Shown: positions 1 through 12,814 of the stretch, in pieces
Numbering within the stretch: position 1 is the first letter of the stretch
Layout of the letters: every line of letters begins with the position of its first letter
From: Mobula hypostoma
Lineage: Eukaryota
DNA length: 64,000 bases
Direction of reading: 5' to 3'
Assembly (NCBI RefSeq): GCF_963921235.1
Contig: NC_086109.1
Location: 23,624,001 to 23,688,000, forward strand
The notes under the pieces: generated by a model
Seen by the model: only the letters and a program-made list of their open reading frames with translations
Databases searched by the model: none
Told to the model about the DNA's origin: nothing
Position numbers and translations under genes: made by a program

Positions 1-190
1 TCGAATCCAGTCGGGGCCGCTCCCGGGCACGTTTTCAATCCGTGCCGGGTTGAGTGTCGAGCTCGCAACTTGGCCTCGTAAAAAAAAAAGACTGCACTGT
101 GAGAAGGACGTGGGGGACCTTTCCTCCAAGACAACCATTTGAAAAGTGGTTGCCGAGGCGCTGGCAGATTATGGCACATAAAAAAAAATG
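1..190 (+). mobile_element. tRNA-derived SINE, cut by the window edge
   Basis: Starts in a B-box-like TCGAATCC and has A-rich tracts. The body (GGGTTGAG..GAGCT.GCAACTTGGCCT) resembles 47461-47660 and the minus-strand copy near 32300-32462. Confidence 0.6.
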
Positions 191-2769
191 GAAAATTTCA
201 CAAACTGCTCTCTTGAACTTTTCTCCACAATTTCCTAAGTTACTGAAGATCAGCAAATTGAGGTGGTGTGATGAGAAAGAGGAATATGGAGGGATGTAGT
301 CTGAGAAGAAAATCAGAGGGCTGAGGAGGAACTAAAAATGGGAACTGATCAGGGAGATGGTCTGATGAGAGTGGATGAGGGAGATTGGTGGTGGATTGTT
401 GGGGAGAAGAACAGATTGAACTAGGGAGAAATAGAATGGGGCTACTGGGAAGAATGCCATGAAGTGGAATGCTCAGGAACTGAGGAAAAAATCAGAGGTA
501 GAGTGAGGGTATTGGAGAAGCAAAAACATAAGAGTATGATCAGATACTGGAGAGAAGATTATCCTGATGAGCCAGGATGATGATCGATGGGATAGAAGGA
601 GTACAGCATGAGATTCAAGAGGCTATGGAGACCATTTTCAGGGAGTAGATACTGATTATGGAGTTGGATGATCATTGACAATATTGAGAGAATACAGGAG
701 CTTATCTTAAGGAAGAGCAACCAATCCTAGAGTAATTTTCATCATCCTTCTCCATAGTTGTGCTCCAGAGAAGATTCCACGTTATTCAGAGGTGGTCCTT
801 AATCCTCCAATTAACATCTGATTCTATATTTGAGACCATATTTCTAAAGTGGCATAATGACCACATCGCCACCCAGCCTGTCACCTTTATGAGTTAAATT
901 CCCAAAAGCATCCTCAAAGATGTCACTGCAGCTTCAGAACAGGACAGGGACTGTGTTGTCAATGGTGGTCATGGTAACTACGTGTCTGACTCCTTCCAGG
1001 TTGCAGTTGGAAACACTTCCAGCACCTTAATCTGGGTAGTGGCCTGATGGAGCCTCTGATGTTTTCTATTCAAAACAAGGCTACTGTAATTCATTTTCTC
1101 GTGCAGAGAAAGGCGGTGTGGCTTTGGATATTTTTGTAAGATAGAGCAGGGTGCCATTTATTGCTTTGTAACATGACAACTCTGCTCAGTATCAGGATGG
1201 ATTTCCTTTTTACCTCAACCTCCAGTGCTGTGTGACCATAGGCCTCTACCTGTCCATTACTAAGGCAGCAGTTATAATGCCTTCTATCTATAGTAGTCCC
1301 ACCAGTCCACTCTACCAGTTGTACTTAAGCCAGCAGAACAAACCAAAAGCTACTGCGTGACAGCTTTAGTGGAGACACTAGTGTATACCTTGGGTTGGTA
1401 TAGACAGCATGAGTGTAATGGAAGCCATGAGCCTACTTCGAACGGGAAAGGAGGCCACTGACTTGGTGAAAGGGGGTTTCCTCTATATATAGTGATCTAG
1501 AAGAGACCTAGTGTCCTTGGATGTGTTAATATTTATGGACATTCATTATGCGCTGCACAACTTCACCGCTATAAAGGGTCAGCCCTTGCCACAAGTTATG
1601 AGATGAGCAGGATGTAGGAGCAAATGGAAAAGGGCACCGAAAGTTGGCGTCTGTAATAACAGGTGATTTATGAAGACTGGTGGGCGCCAGGAGACCAGTC
1701 ATAGCTGATCTACCTGAGCGCAAAGCTGGAACAGCTTTTACATCCTCAGTTGACAAGAATACACGGTAACTTGATTAACAGTAAACTGTTAGCAGTATTG
1801 GTTACAGAAAGATTTAATTAAGTAACAAAATAGGTCTTGTTAAAGAAAACAATGATTATCTATGAGTCTAATTTAGTTAACATCAAATCCAATTTTCTAT
1901 TACAGGAATCCGTGAATGCTCTAACATAGTTAATGAAGTTCCTTAAACTTGGGTGTTGTCATTGCTGCATTCCATATTCTTTACTTTCAAGCTTTGGCTG
2001 CATTTCTCTGTTACCAAATTAGTATGCCCCTCATTTACTGGTTTATAACCCTTACTCTTCTTTACCCTACAAACAAGAAAATGATGAGGAGGAAATCACA
2101 ATCTAAATCAAATAAAATTATCAATGCATTCCCAATCACAAAGAAATCTCAACTAATCACACTGTGCCAACACTTTTTGCTGGAGCACTATGTGACTTGC
2201 AACCAACCTGACCTATAACCATCAGGCTGCTAAACCAGCATGGATAACTTCACTCAGCACAACCCTGAACTAATTCCATGACCTACAGACTCAATTCTGA
2301 GGACTCTTTGGAACTCTTGTTCTCAGTATTACTTATTTTTATTTTCACAGTTTGCCTTCTTTCACACATTAGTTGCTTGTCAGTCTTCGTTTACGCCAAG
2401 TTCTAAGTAAATTTATCATCAAAGTACATATATGGCACCCAAATACAACCTTCAGATTCATTTTCTTGCGGGCATAGTTAGCAAATCCAAGAAAAATAAT
2501 ATATTCAGTGAAAGACGGCACCCAACAGAATGGACAAACAGCCAATATGCAAAGGACAAGAAACTGTGCACATCAAAAAGAAAAAAAAAGCAATAAATAT
2601 CGAGAACATGAGATGAAGAGTACTTGAGAGTGAGTCCATAGGTTGTGGGAGCAGTTCAGTGATTGGGTGAGTGAAGAAGTTATCCCCTCTGGCTGAGGGG
2701 TAATAACTGTTCCTGAATCTGGTGGTGTGAATGCTCTGGCTGATGTACCTTCTTCTCGATGGTTCATCC

Positions 2770-3420
2770 TCTAGAAGCATTTTCCAGGTCAGCCTCAGAG
2801 ACTGAAGTCACAGGATCATTATGGGCTGGGGGAGTTGGTGAAGGTTCCTCCATGTTTTGTCAGTCAAAGCTAGAACTGAAGGTATTGGGCTCATCTGGGA
2901 GCGAAGCCTTTTTGCCCCCTATGTCGCTTGGATTCACACTCAGGCTTTGCCACAGCTGTCGAGCATTCCTCCGCGATTCAAGTTTGATCCGGAATTGCCA
3001 CTTTGCCTGTGAAATGGCTTTGTGGAGACTGGACCTGAACAAAGTAAGTCAGCAGACTTGAATTCCACTGATATGATGGCCCACAGTCAAGTGTAAATCT
3101 CATGGTTCATCCAGGGCTTCTGGTTTGGGAAGACTCTGAATGATTTTGCGAGGACACACTCATCTACGACTGTTTTTATAAAGTCCATGACAACCATGGT
3201 GTATTCATTCAGATCCTCTGATGAATCCTTGAACATGGCCCAGTCTACTGACTCAAAGCAATCCCATAGCCAATCCTCTGCCTCCCGTGACTACCTCTTT
3301 GTTGTCTTAATCTCTGGAGCCTTGGTCTTTAGCCTCTGCCTGTATGCAGGTAGAAGGAGGACAACCAAATGATCAAATTTTCCAAAATGCAGTCTAGGCA
3401 TGGAACAGTAGGCATTCCTC
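2770..3420 (-). mobile_element. Rex1/Babar-type LINE fragment
   Basis: Minus-strand translation ..LHKAISQAKWQFRIKLE..NARQLWQSL; the DNA is similar to 23750-24400. Confidence 0.65.
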
Positions 3421-3925
3421 ATGGTCTTTTTACTCCTGCAGTTTCTTAATTCTACATCTCCTGATCCTATGTCACTACTTTCTAAGGATTTGATTTCATT
3501 ATTTACTAACAGAGCCACCCCACCCCCCTCTGCCTGCCTGCCTGTCCTTTCAATACAATATGTATCCTTGGGCATTAATCTCCCAACAGTGACCTTCTTT
3601 GAGCCATGTCTCAGTGGTGCCCAAAACATCATACCTGCCAATCTTGAACAACGTTATCTACTTTATTCCGTATACTGTGTGCATTCAAATGTAACACTCT
3701 CAGTCCTATATTCATCACCGTTTTTGATTTTCCCCCTATATTACACTTCAATATATAAGATTGACTGTCATTTTGTCCTATCATCTGCCTGTACATATGT
3801 GCCGTCTCACTACATGTTCCATTGACTTGTATACCAACTGCCCCATCCTCAGCCCCACCACTCCAGCTTCCAACCCACTGCCACTTAGTCTAAACCCTCC
3901 CCAACAACTGTAGCAATCCTGCCCA

Positions 3926-4590
3926 GCAAACAGAGTGGTCAGAGCAAGAACATCTTTGTCAGAGCCGGAGAACAGCCCCTACATCAGCCCAGACCAGCAT
4001 CACCATCGGGCCTGCTTAGCACCGCATTAGATTGTCTGCTTCAAGTTGACCTGGGGAGGCAGCTGAAGTTTCTAGACCAAACAGCACAACCTCACTGAGG
4101 CCGGATGTGGTCCTTTCTTCAGTGTCCTTGAAGCAGGTTGTCCTCATCGAGTTGACGGACCCCTGGGAGGACCGCATTGAGGAGGCAAATGAGCGGAAGC
4201 AGGCCGGGTACCAGCAGCTGGTGGAGCAGTGCTGGAGGCAAGGCTGGAAGGCTGGAAGGCTGGAAGGCTTGCTGCGAGCCCATCGAAGTCGGGTGCAGGG
4301 GTTTTGTCGGCTGCTGACTCTGCAGAGTCTACACCCTACTTACCATCACTGGGTCGGGCAAGAGGAAAGTGGTCAGGACCATCACAGAGGCCACCGAGAG
4401 AGCCTCCAGATGGCTGTGGATCAGGAGGGGAGATCCGTGAGCCAGTCTTGCTGGGACACAAGCTGGGGTCTGATCAGCCCCGGCTGGGTCGCCTGGGCGA
4501 GGGTGTATGATGTTGAAAGACCCGAAACACCCGACGACCCCAGGTTGCATCACTGATGATGTGTCCCAACGCATCCGCAGGATGTATCTC
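3926..4590 (+). mobile_element. 5'-truncated HERO-like non-LTR retrotransposon: restriction-like endonuclease plus 3' UTR
   Basis: LRPDVVL..KQVVLIELTDPWEDRIEEANERKQAGY matches the PD-(D/E)xK RLE motif, followed after a frameshift by EPIEVGCRGF. GC-rich structured 3' UTR. Confidence 0.8.
4452..4568 (+). ncRNA. Putative non-circularly permuted hammerhead ribozyme in the retrotransposon 3' UTR
   Basis: GGGTG-TA-TGATGT (4501-4513), GAAA-CACCC (4524-4532) and GCATCA-CTGATGA (4547-4559). Stems I and III pair in exact register around the conserved core. Confidence 0.65.
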
Positions 4591-6656
4591 AGAATCCCCA
4601 GAAGAGATCCCAGTGATCCAGAAATCTGAAATCCTTCCCCCTGAAACACTTCCTCAGTCACTCATTCAGCTGTGCCATCATTATATTCCTGCCCTGACTA
4701 GCACATGGCACTGGGAGTAATCCAGAGATTACTACCTTGGAGGTCCTGTTCTTAGCCTTTCCCCTAACTCCTTATATTCACTGCACAGGACCTCTTCCCC
4801 TTTTCTACCTCTGTCATGGGTATACCACAACCTCTGGCTCCTCAGTCTCCCCCTTGAGTATCTTCTGCAGCCACTCTGAGTCATCCTGGACCCAAGCCCC
4901 TGGGAGACAACACATCATCCTGGCTTCTCCTTCGCGTCCACAGAATCTTCCATCGATCCCCCTGACAATCTAGTCTCCTATCACTACCATTCTGCCTGAT
5001 GTACCCTTCTGTGCTGAGTCTCAGAGCCAGCCACAATGCCACTGGCCTGGCTGCTGCTGCTGCTGTCCCCTCACAGGATGTGCCTCTGCACAGTATCCAA
5101 AGGGGTACACTTGTTGCTGAGGGCAACAGCCACAGCAGAACCCTGCAGTGACTGCTTGCTCCCCTCACATCTCCTGGTGGTCACCCATCTACTACCTGAG
5201 GCCTGTAAAAGACATATCTATGAAATTTTCAGCCTGCCAGCTGGTCCTGAGTGCATCCAGCTCCAGTTCCAGTTCCTTGACCTTGTCAGTCGGGAACTGA
5301 AGTTGGGTGCACTTCCCGTAGATGTAGTTATCATGGTATCAGAATCAGCTTCAATATTACAAAATCTGTGGACTTTGCAGGCAGCAGTACAATGAAATAC
5401 ATAACAACAGAGAAAAAAAAACTATGAAGTACCATTGGGTACCCCGAAAGCCCACATCTCACAGGAGGAGCTGCCTGAACTACCATTCTGCCTACACTTG
5501 TTATACTGTACCTCTATCTTCTCAAGCAGTCTCAGCTGTCCTTGTCCTCTGATGGAGGCCATGTTGCTGGTTGCTCTACAATGTCATCCACAATCATCAT
5601 GTCAGCAGTTAGAGTTTCTGTTGCAGTGTTTATTAGTAGGCAGCAGATGGTATCGCAGTGTAACCTGTGGTATTGGTCATTGGAAGCCACACTGTCGCTG
5701 GGTCCACAGAAAAACTGTACATACAGAAATGGCCATCACGTCTCCTTTCCTGTATTTGAACTCCCTTTTGATTTTTGACATTAACTCCATTGACTACTTT
5801 GAAAATTTAGCATCAATTTTTTTTGCCAGATTCTCAATTAACAGAACATTGTGGTGGTCCTCCGTCTTTCATCTGTGGCTGAATGGTTAACTGCACCCGG
5901 TATGCGCCAATGCATTGGGCTTAACATGTTAGCACGCATAAAACGTTGGCTAAGTTACAGAGAATACTGAACCAAAACAACCGAGCCATTTTCAGCTTCG
6001 CCTGCTGTACACACTGCTGCTACAGATAATGAAGCTTCACTCTCTGCGGTTCGGGCATATTTGCTGTATGTGGAAAGCCAAGTTGTGAGAAGGATGAAAT
6101 AAGTCTGCAAATGGACAAAACTCAGTTAGTGGAAAGAAATTTGGCAGCTAGAATATAATGAGGGAAATTGTGAGGTTATCCACTTTGGCAGGTAAAACCG
6201 AAGAGGGACATTGTGTAAATGAAGAGGGAGAGACTGCAGCTTTTCTACAGTACTCATGTAACTGTGTGCCCACAAATAGTGGCATGCAAAAGTTTGGGCA
6301 CGCCTGGTCAAAATTTCTGTTACTGTGAATAATTAAGTGAGTAGAAGATGAACTGATCTCCAAAAGTCTTAAAGTTAAAGATGAAACATTCTTTTCAACA
6401 ATTTAAGCAAGATTAGTGTATTATTTTTGTTTTGTACAATTTTAGAGTGAAAAAAAGGAAAGGAGCATCATGCAAAAGTTTGGGCACCCCAAGAGATTTG
6501 AGCTCTCAGATAACTTTTACCAGGGTCTCAGACCTTAATTAGCTTGTTAGGGCTATGGCTTGTTCAAAGTCATCGTTAGGAAAGGCCAGCTGATGCAAAT
6601 TTCAAAGCTTTATAAATATCCTCACTCCTCAAATCTTGTCCCAACAATCAGCAGCT

Positions 6657-7929
6657 ATGGGCTCTTCTAAGCAGCTGCCTAGCACTCTGAAAATTAAAAT
6701 AAATGATGCCCACAAAGCAGGAGAAGGCTATAAGAAGATAGCAAAGAATTTTCAGGTAGCCGTTTCCTCAGTTCGTAATGTAATTAAGAAATGGTAGTTA
6801 ACAGGAACGGTGGAGATCAAGTTGAGATCTGGAAGACCAAGAAAATTTTTTGAGCGAACTCCTCATAGGATTGCTAGAAAGGCAAATCAAAACCCCCATT
6901 TGACTGCAAAAGACCTTCAGGAAGGTTTAGCAGACTCTGGAGTGGTGGTGCACTGTTCTACTGTGCAGCGACACCTGCACAAATATGACCTTCATGGAAG
7001 AGTCATCAGAAGAAAACCTTTCCTGCATCCTCACCACAAAATTCAGCATCAGAAGTTTGAAAAGGAACATCTAAACAAGCCTCAAACACGAGGAATTCTG
7101 CAGATGCTGGAAATTCAAGCAACACACATCAAAGCTGCTGGTGAACACAGCAGGCCAGGCAGCATCTCTAGGAAGAGGTACAGTCATCATTTCAGGCCAA
7201 GACCTTTCGTCAGGGCACCGACAGGTCAGGACAGAAGAAGGGTCTCGGCCTGAAACGTCGACTGTACCTCTTCCTAGAGATGCTGCCTGGCCTGCTGCAT
7301 TCACCAGCAACTTTGATGTGTGTTGCTTGTTATCTAAGCAAGCCTGATGCATCTTGGAAACTGATGAAGTTAAAATAGAACTTTTTGGCTGCAATGAGCA
7401 AAGGTATGTTTGGAGAAAAAAGGGTGCAGAATTTCATGAAAAGAACACCTCTCCAACTGTTACGCACTGGGGTGGATCGATCATGCTTTGGGCTTGTGTT
7501 GCAGCCAGTGGCATGGGGAACATTTCACTGGTAGAGGGAAGAATGAATTCAATTAAATACCAGCAAATTCTGGAAGCAAACATCACACTGACTGTAAAAA
7601 AGCTGAAGATGAAAAGAGGATGGCTTCTACAGCAGGATAATGATCCTAAACACACCTCAAAATCCACAATGGACTACCTCAAGAGGCGCAAGCTGAAGGT
7701 TTTGCCATGGCCCTCACTGTCCCCCAACCTAAACATCATCGAAAATCTGTGGATAGACCTCAAAAGAGCAGTGCATGCAAGATGGCCCAAGAATCTCACA
7801 GAACTAGAAGCCTTTTGCAAGGAAGAATGGGCAAAAATCCCCCAAACAAGAATTGAAAGACTCTTAGCTGGCTACAGAAAGCGATTACAAGCTGTGATAC
7901 TTGCCAAAGGGGGTGTTACTAAGTACTGA
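6657..7929 (+). pseudogene. Tc1 DD34E transposase pseudogene
   Basis: ATG at 6657 (MGSSKQL..GEGYKKIAK), in-frame TAG at 6795, SGRPRK motif, TDE..QQDND-x34-E triad. Disrupted by a PLE insertion and a small deletion before TDE. Confidence 0.93.
7083..7331. mobile_element. Penelope-like pLTR fold-back insertion inside the Tc1
   Basis: Inverted arms; flanked by ATCTAAACAAGCCT (7069-7082) and ATCTAAGCAAGCCT (7332-7345). Confidence 0.85.
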
Positions 7930-9658
7930 CTATGCAGGGTGCCCAAACTTTTGCTTCAAGCCCTTTTCCTTTTTTGTTATTTTGAAACTGTAAAAGATGG
8001 AAACAAAAAAGTAAACTAGCTTAAAATATTAAAGAAACGTGTCATCTTTAACTTTATGCCTTTTGGAAATCAGCTCATCTTTTACTCACAGTAACAGAAA
8101 TTTTGACCAGGGGTGCCCAAACTTTTGCATGCCACTGTATGTGAAACCTAAACGTTACCATGAAAGCACTACATGCAGTTAGGAAAACAAATGTAATATT
8201 ACCTCTCATTGAAAGGTAATGAAGAATGAAAGCTGGGAAGTCTTGCTGGCAACTCTTTGCAAGACTGCATTTGGAGCAGCGATCAGTGAATATGTTCAAG
8301 GGTGAGATAGATTCCTTGATCCTGAGGGGAACCAAGGGGTATGGGAAACAGGTAGGGGAGTGGAGCTTGCAAAAGCCTTAAGGTCACAGGATGAATTGTT
8401 GATTAAAAGACACCAAGTAACTGACCCATGATTCACCCAAATTACTTTTAGAACTTACTTAGTGTGCTTCTGGTCAATGGATATTGGTGCGAGGTCTCAG
8501 TCAGTGTCAGCATGGTGCTTGGACTCTTTCTAGTTGGGAGATGTGACATTGTCTGGTATTTGTGTGCCACAAGTGTTACTTGCAGGAATGATGCCTGGGT
8601 CTTGTATGCATGGGTTGCTCCACTTTTGAGATTAACTACTGGAGCAGTCATTAAATTATTGGACTCTCAACCCAAATTCAGGACTTTTGACTCAGAGTCA
8701 TGAGTTCAAATCTCACCTTAGCAGCTGGGAATTTAAATTTGATTCATTAGATAAATCAGGAAATAAAATTAATCTCAGCAATGGTAACAATGAACCTACT
8801 TGATTGTTACTATAAATTACTTGTGGTTTTATGGTTATTAGCTGGTTCAGGCGAAGGAAGTTCAAATGGTTCAATTTGATATCAGAGAATGTATACAATA
8901 TACAACCTAAAATTCTTACTCTTCACAGACATCCATAAAACAAAACCCCAAAGAATGAATGACAGAAACAGCAGAAACCCAAAGCTCCCCTCATAAGCTG
9001 CAGTGGAAGCATCGAACTTCCCTGCACCCTGCTCCAGGAAAAGCACTGACTCTCCTCCACCCCCCCCACCCTACAAGCAATAGCAAAAGCCCCCAAAGAG
9101 ACCTTGATCTAGAGCCCGTGAAAAACTACAATCCACAACCTAGCACCTCAGTTTGCGAGTAAGTGTTGTGCAGTCTGTTGGGGGGTATGCCTTTTGTGAC
9201 GGTCAATAAATGGGTGTGATTCTTGTAACTGTACTAAGCTTGTGATATGTGGTGGTGTACCCCACTGATATGTAGGAGACCAGGTGTCCTGGCTGATAGA
9301 GACTGTTGATCGGTGAATGAAGAACATGTGGTGAATTAAATGGTGTCAGACTATGGTACAATTGGGACATGGCTTTTTAAAATATTCACTAACCTTGCAC
9401 ACTCTTGTGTTGTTATTACATTTTCACATCTTTACATATTGGCTCTGTGGCTTGACTTCAAGTCTGCTCTCCAGATTTACCTGATCACATTTGACAGTGC
9501 ATCCTGGCCCCAAGGCCTCTAATGCAGAACATAAAAATTTAAGCGGTCATTCTGACCTAAGTATGAATCAAGTTTGTTTCCTATATCATTGTTAACATCT
9601 GGTCCATCCACAACACCAATCCCCTTTTAGAGGTACAACTGAGCTTGAAGAAATGCTG

Positions 9659-9834
9659 AAACAACAGGAATTCTGCAGATGCTGGAAATTCAAGCAACAT
9701 ACATCAAAGTTGCTGGTGAACGCAGCAGGCCAAGCAGCATCTATAGGAAGAGGCGCAGTCGACGTTTCAGGCCGAGACCCTTCGTCAGGATGCTGCTTGG
9801 CCTGCTGCGTTCACCAGCAACTTTGATGTATGTT
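9659..9834. mobile_element. Penelope-like pLTR fold-back insertion
   Basis: Inverted arms; perfect 16-bp duplication GCTTGAAGAAATGCTG at 9643-9658 and 9835-9850. Confidence 0.88.
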
Positions 9835-11276
9835 GCTTGAAGAAATGCTGGCTAGTTTTAATAAGATCTAAACATACATTCTATTGGCACCCCTACGGGT
9901 TTGTCAGAACAAAGAACAGAATGGATGGGGTTGGACACTGATATGGACACGTTGAAAAATATCTGCGGTTGCTTCTTGTATTGCAATCGCAAAAGAGCAC
10001 AGGTTAATCGTCCATCGTGATCACTGCATTTCAGGCTGTTGTATCCATCCGGCGCTCGCACTGCTCAAATCAGTCTTTCACTGCGAACACCAGCATGCAA
10101 TGATCAGATGTTGCCACAGGGAGGCAGTAGATGTACACCTTACACAAATTCTCCAGCACAACCTTAAGCATAGTGCAGATCTCAACAATGCAAGCTCATC
10201 GGCAGATTTTTGCGCGCTGTATATTCACTCCGTTCTAACACTTGGACATTTGTTGCTCTAACAATCACTAACAAATCAACAATTTTGAACGTGTTGCAGA
10301 ATTTAAATTTTTGAATTGTCGACATTTATTTGAAAACATGGAAGGATACTTCACTGAAAAATTGATTCATTCCTATTCAAAGCTTAATTATCGCATGGAA
10401 CTTCTAAATTTTAAGGGTATTAATCTCAATTGTTCTTCTGCAGGTTTGCCTTAAGGATTTCTGAAATCACAGGTTCAATCTAAACCTATTTTTGATTCCC
10501 CTCCCCGTTCCCTACTCCATGGTCATTCAGATTACTTTTCAAGAGAATAATGGCTTTCAGAGTCTAAATAACTGATTCTGGCAGCTGGGTCAGCCATGAC
10601 TTATTTCAGGGATTTATGAACCCCAATACAGAACAAAAAAATTATTCTGGCCCTCCTTGTACAGACCAAATAGATGCAAACTTAAAAAAATATTCACACG
10701 TACACATCCTTATGCAGATGTACTCAACACAGAGAAAAATATGCCCCCCCCCCACCCCAAATACTTCCACGTGCACTTTTTTATATAGTGGCCAACCTTG
10801 GATCACCAATGCCTGGCCTAGAAGCACAGGTGAACTCTCATAACATTAAATTCAGAAGTCTAATGAAGGTATACACATGGCAGAAATGGTTTCCTCTCTC
10901 TCCAACTTCAGTAATTGCTCTTTCTTATCAGTCATATGTGTTTTTGATGTGATTCATTGCAATACTGTGGGGTCTTGGTTGCCATCTCAAGTGATTTTTT
11001 GTGTATTTTCTGTCTTAGAGATGAAATTGGTTCATGGATGTCTAGAAGAAGAGTTTGTTCATTATCTGGGAATAGCCTACACTTACAGAGTAACGTGGAC
11101 ACAAGTGCATATTGAGACCCGCAAGCAACTGAACCACAAGAGGCTGTAACTGCTGGAAGCCATAGCTGAAAACACACTGCTGGAGGAACTCAGTGGGTTG
11201 AGCAGTAACATTGTTGTGGTCGCAGGGGAGCTATTGTTCAATGTCACAGTGACAGTTTCAACAATGTCCTATCATA

Positions 11277-12503
11277 CAGTACCATGCAAAAGTCTTAGGC
11301 TCATGTAAATGGCTAAGGTGCCTAAGACTTGTGCACAGTACTGTAGTAATTTTATGTATTTCACAGAAAAAAATTCATGACATATGTGAGTGGTGATTCT
11401 GATATGGTTGTCTATTGTGGATTGAGAGTGGGAAGGGTGCAGGGAGAGGGGAGTCTTGGTTGGGAAAAGGGGAAGGGAGAGGGATGGAAGTGGGAAGCAC
11501 CAGAGAGACATTCTGTAATGATCAATGCACTAATTGTTTGGAACCAAAAGTCTGATGAGGCAGGGCGAAATTAAGATGGCGCTAAATGGCTACTCCTTTA
11601 CTTGCATCTTCAGAAACAGCTCTATTTCCATCTTTAATGTCTTTATTTTTCCCTTTCAGGGTTCTATTGAAGAGCCTGACCTGGAGTTACATGCCGACTT
11701 CGGTTCTCGGGGTTTCAGGACTGGCCATTGCTCAGCACGCCAAGGGTTCGGCCTGAGAGTCTGGCTCACATTTGAAAGCCTAAGATCTCAGGGCTCTGGA
11801 GACAGGCGGATCGAGGGTCGGTGTCAGGGCAGAAGACCCGTGTGTCGTCAGGGGAGTCGGAACATCTACTGCTGTGGGCCCAAAGACCCCGGATCTTTGC
11901 GATCTTCAGGCACAGAGCTCGAAGAAGCAACGTAACAGACTTCTGACATTGTAAACGAGCAAGTTGTTTGTTATGTCTCCCTGCTCGTCGGGAAAATGGA
12001 GGCACCTCCCTCTCCCTTATTGGGGAGAGAGAGAGCCTGTGGGATGTCGAATACCGGGTGAAATGCGAAGCCTTTGGGGTAACAGCAAGTCCATGTCTTT
12101 ATGATTGCTTTGCTCACGCTTGAGAGCTCAGTAGCGGGTGCCGACGCTTTTTTTGGCCGGTGTGGGAGAGGGAATTGTTGCTTGCTGTCACTTACATGCA
12201 GGAGGGAGGGGACTTTGGAGTTCTTACGTTTAACTGTTGTTCATTCTTTGGGGCACTCCTCTGTTTTCGTGGATGTTTGCGAAGAAAAAGCATTTCAGGA
12301 TGACATTAAGTTGGACCTTTGAACCCTTGAACCTTTGAACCTTGCCTGGAGTCTCAGGGCTGGGTGTGTCTGGAGCTGTGTCACCCCTGGCCCTGGCAGT
12401 CCTTCTCTGCCACCTGACTCACACCCCTCCACCCTCGCCATTCCCAACATCCTTTGCTCCCTTCAGATTTACAAACTCGCTCTCCGCTCCACGTTGACCC
12501 GAG

Positions 12504-12546
<43 letters not shown>

Positions 12547-12569
12547 CCTAAGACCTTTGCATGGTACTG
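11277..12569. mobile_element. Non-autonomous Tc1/mariner-like element with a nested retroposon (about 11546-12340)
   Basis: TA-CAGTACCATGCAAAAGTCTTAGGC ... GCCTAAGACCTTTGCATGGTACTG-TA. An inverted sister copy without the nested insert lies at about 33531-34080. Confidence 0.75.
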
Positions 12570-12814
12570 TATATTCACATATATTCTGATACACACTCAC
12601 TGATAATCAGCCACATGCTTATATGCACACAAGTACACATGGTTCCAAACCACACACACAAAATGCTGGAGGAACTCAGCAGGCCAGGCTGCGTCTATGG
12701 AAAAGAGTACAGTCGACATTTTGGGCTGAGACCCTTCAGCAGGACTCCTGGGAACACACAGTTTCATGCTTTTTTTTTGCATTTTGTCCTGTACCCACCC
12801 ACACACACACGTCC

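Larger units (their letters stand above)
3420..5480 (-). mobile_element. CR1-type LINE ORF1 and start of ORF2, degenerate, interrupted by a HERO-like insertion
   Basis: Minus strand encodes YIYGKCTQLQ..KVKELELELDALR (CR1 ORF1 zinc finger/zipper, about 5250-5330), VVIGD*IVRG (GDSL esterase motif, about 4955-4990) and RQAEGGGVALLV (APE endonuclease, about 3500-3550). Confidence 0.75.
6277..8137 (+). mobile_element. Tc1-family DNA transposon (IR/DR type), full length but inactive
   Basis: TIRs tAGTGGCATGCAAAAGTTTGGGCAC and GTGCCCAAACTTTTGCATGCCACTG followed by TA. Inner direct repeats at about 6471-6489 and 7937-7954. Confidence 0.95.

Noticed and set aside
5435..5890. 151-aa ORF
   Set aside because: No recognisable motif, non-ATG start, begins inside antisense CR1 sequence.
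11552..11575. CTGATGA..GAAA hammerhead-like core at the start of a retroposon
   Set aside because: Stem II is only 2 bp and I find no stem I or stem III partner; probably chance.
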